NCBI RefSeq assembly: GCF_009914755.1 | Contig: NC_060936.1 | Source: the human T2T-CHM13v2.0 reference genome, Homo sapiens | DNA length: 64,000 nucleotides | Strand: one strand, 5' to 3' | In this document: positions 61,600 to 64,000 of the stretch, piece after piece | Numbering within the stretch: position 1 is the stretch's first letter | Layout of the letters: every line of letters starts with the position of its first letter | Made by a program: the position numbers and the translations under genes | The notes under the pieces: generated by a model | Databases searched by the model: none | Told to the model about the DNA's origin: nothing | The model's input: only the letters and a program-made list of their open reading frames with translations

Positions 61600-62750
61600 C
61601 CTGGTCTGTTTGGTGAATCTGCAGAGTGTGAGAGCTGGCGGCCCACTTCTGTTCCACGTGGGCGCATTTCCCGAACTGCGCGTGGAAAAGCCGGGCTGCC
61701 GCGACTCCGTCAGTCTCGGCCCCGCCCCCGCCTTCCTCAGTCTCGGCCCCGCCCCGCCTCCGTCTGTCTCGGACCGGCCCCGCCTCCGTCTGTCTGGGAC
61801 CGGCCCCCCTCCGTCCCTCTCGGCCTTGGGTTCGGCCCCCGCCCACCCCGCAGAGTCTCGCGGCGCCCTAGTCCTCCGGCGCCCTCGACCTCCGGCGCCC
61901 TCGCGCGGTCAGAGCGGCGCCGCGGAAGCGCAGCTACGGGCGCGCGGACGCGCGTCCCTTCCGGCTCGCCGTAGCAGCCGCGCCGCCGCTTCCTCCCGCC
62001 GGGGCCCCGGATGCACTGAGCGGCTGCGGCGCGGCTTCCATCCTCCCGCCCTCCTGACGCGGCCGGAGCGCAGCCCTGAGGCCCAGGGTAAGTGAGGGCG
62101 GAGGCGCGGGACGGGGGCGGGAGGCTCTCGGGACGGCAGCGTCCAGGGTCCGGGGTCGCGTAGCCGCAGCCGCGGGCGTACAGGGCCCGCTCGCCGGCCG
62201 GCCTCGGGCGTCGCGTGGGGACCAGGCCGTGGCGGCTGTCGTGAGCGACCCCGGGCGGGCGACCGGGCTGAGGGCTCACGGGCCCGGGTCTTTCGAGTCG
62301 TAGCGCCCGTCCCCCGCAGGTCGCGCGATCCGCGCCCATTTCTCGTGGCCCCCCGGGCTCCTGGGCTGGGGGCGTGGCCGAGGGCAGCTCGGCGCGGCGG
62401 CGTTGCGGGAACCGGGGGACTCCGGCCCGCGCCTCCTGGTTCTCGGGGCTGAGGGGGTGGCTCTTGCTCCTGGCGCTTGCGTGGGCTTCCCTCGGGGTCA
62501 CGGACGCGACGCTGAGATGCGGGGATGGGACGTCCAGAACCACTTTCCTGAGGCGCGACGGGGCGAATTCACTCAGAACTTAAGGACCCCGCGTCCCGGG
62601 CGTCCCGGAACGCGCCGCCACAGGGGTTACAGTGAGGTCCGAATCCGCTCCTTCTCGGCGTAGACCTGCCCGGTCCTCCACGGCGGAGCCTTAGTAATTG
62701 CCGCTGCCTCCCCGGGGGCGCCTCTCGTCACACACCTGCGGCCCACGGGC
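61600..62750 (+). promoter_or_regulatory. EP400: CpG-island promoter of the next gene (EP400 by synteny), GC-box repeat array 61710-61825
   Basis: Dense CpG, E-box about 61655, repeated CGGCCCCGCC; gene identity from known ULK1-PUS1-EP400 order, no coding exon in window. Confidence 0.8.
61970..62087 (+). other. EP400: Putative non-coding exon 1 of EP400 (5' end approximate)
   Basis: Consensus donor AGG|GTAAGT at 62088 inside the CpG island. Confidence 0.7.
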
Positions 62751-62813
62751 TTCTGCTCAGCTGTCGCTGTGTCAGTGACAGAAAAGTAACGTATCCCAGT
62801 GCTTTATTAGTAA

Positions 62814-64000
<1,187 letters not shown>

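Overview
Human (hominid) genomic DNA, GC-rich and Alu-dense, recognisable as the 12q24.33 ULK1-PUS1-EP400 interval, with all genes on the + strand. I traced all 28 ULK1 coding exons by hand (ATG 3723, TGA 33309; 3153 nt = 1050 aa; kinase domain, LIR, AMPK/mTOR sites, C-terminal MIT/EAT region). I also traced all 6 PUS1 coding exons (ATG 41767, TGA 55636; 427 aa; internal Met29 at 41961). A CpG-island promoter with a non-coding first exon at about 62.0 kb is assigned to EP400 by synteny only. Mobile elements: a full-length antisense SVA with TSDs inside an Alu linker, a solo LTR13 and a THE1/MST LTR nested in an Alu (both in PUS1 intron 3), an L1 3' end, and many Alus and MIRs. I see no foreign insert and no unknown protein-coding gene; the >1000-aa ORFs are VNTR artefacts. 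The least-explained theme is that local tandem duplications and repeats overlap regulatory signals. Examples: a 69-bp duplication of the ULK1 exon-17 acceptor (in-frame +23 aa), a 46-bp repeat duplicating the PUS1 exon-2 donor, a 45-bp repeat carrying an array of DR1 nuclear-receptor sites upstream of the mitochondrial PUS1 start, a 3-kb stop-free VNTR intron in ULK1, a hairpin/G-quadruplex in ULK1 intron 2, and a 39-bp repeat building an E-box/NRF1 cluster between PUS1 and EP400. The functions proposed for these are hypotheses. Alu/L1/MIR coordinates are approximate; exon coordinates were counted base by base.
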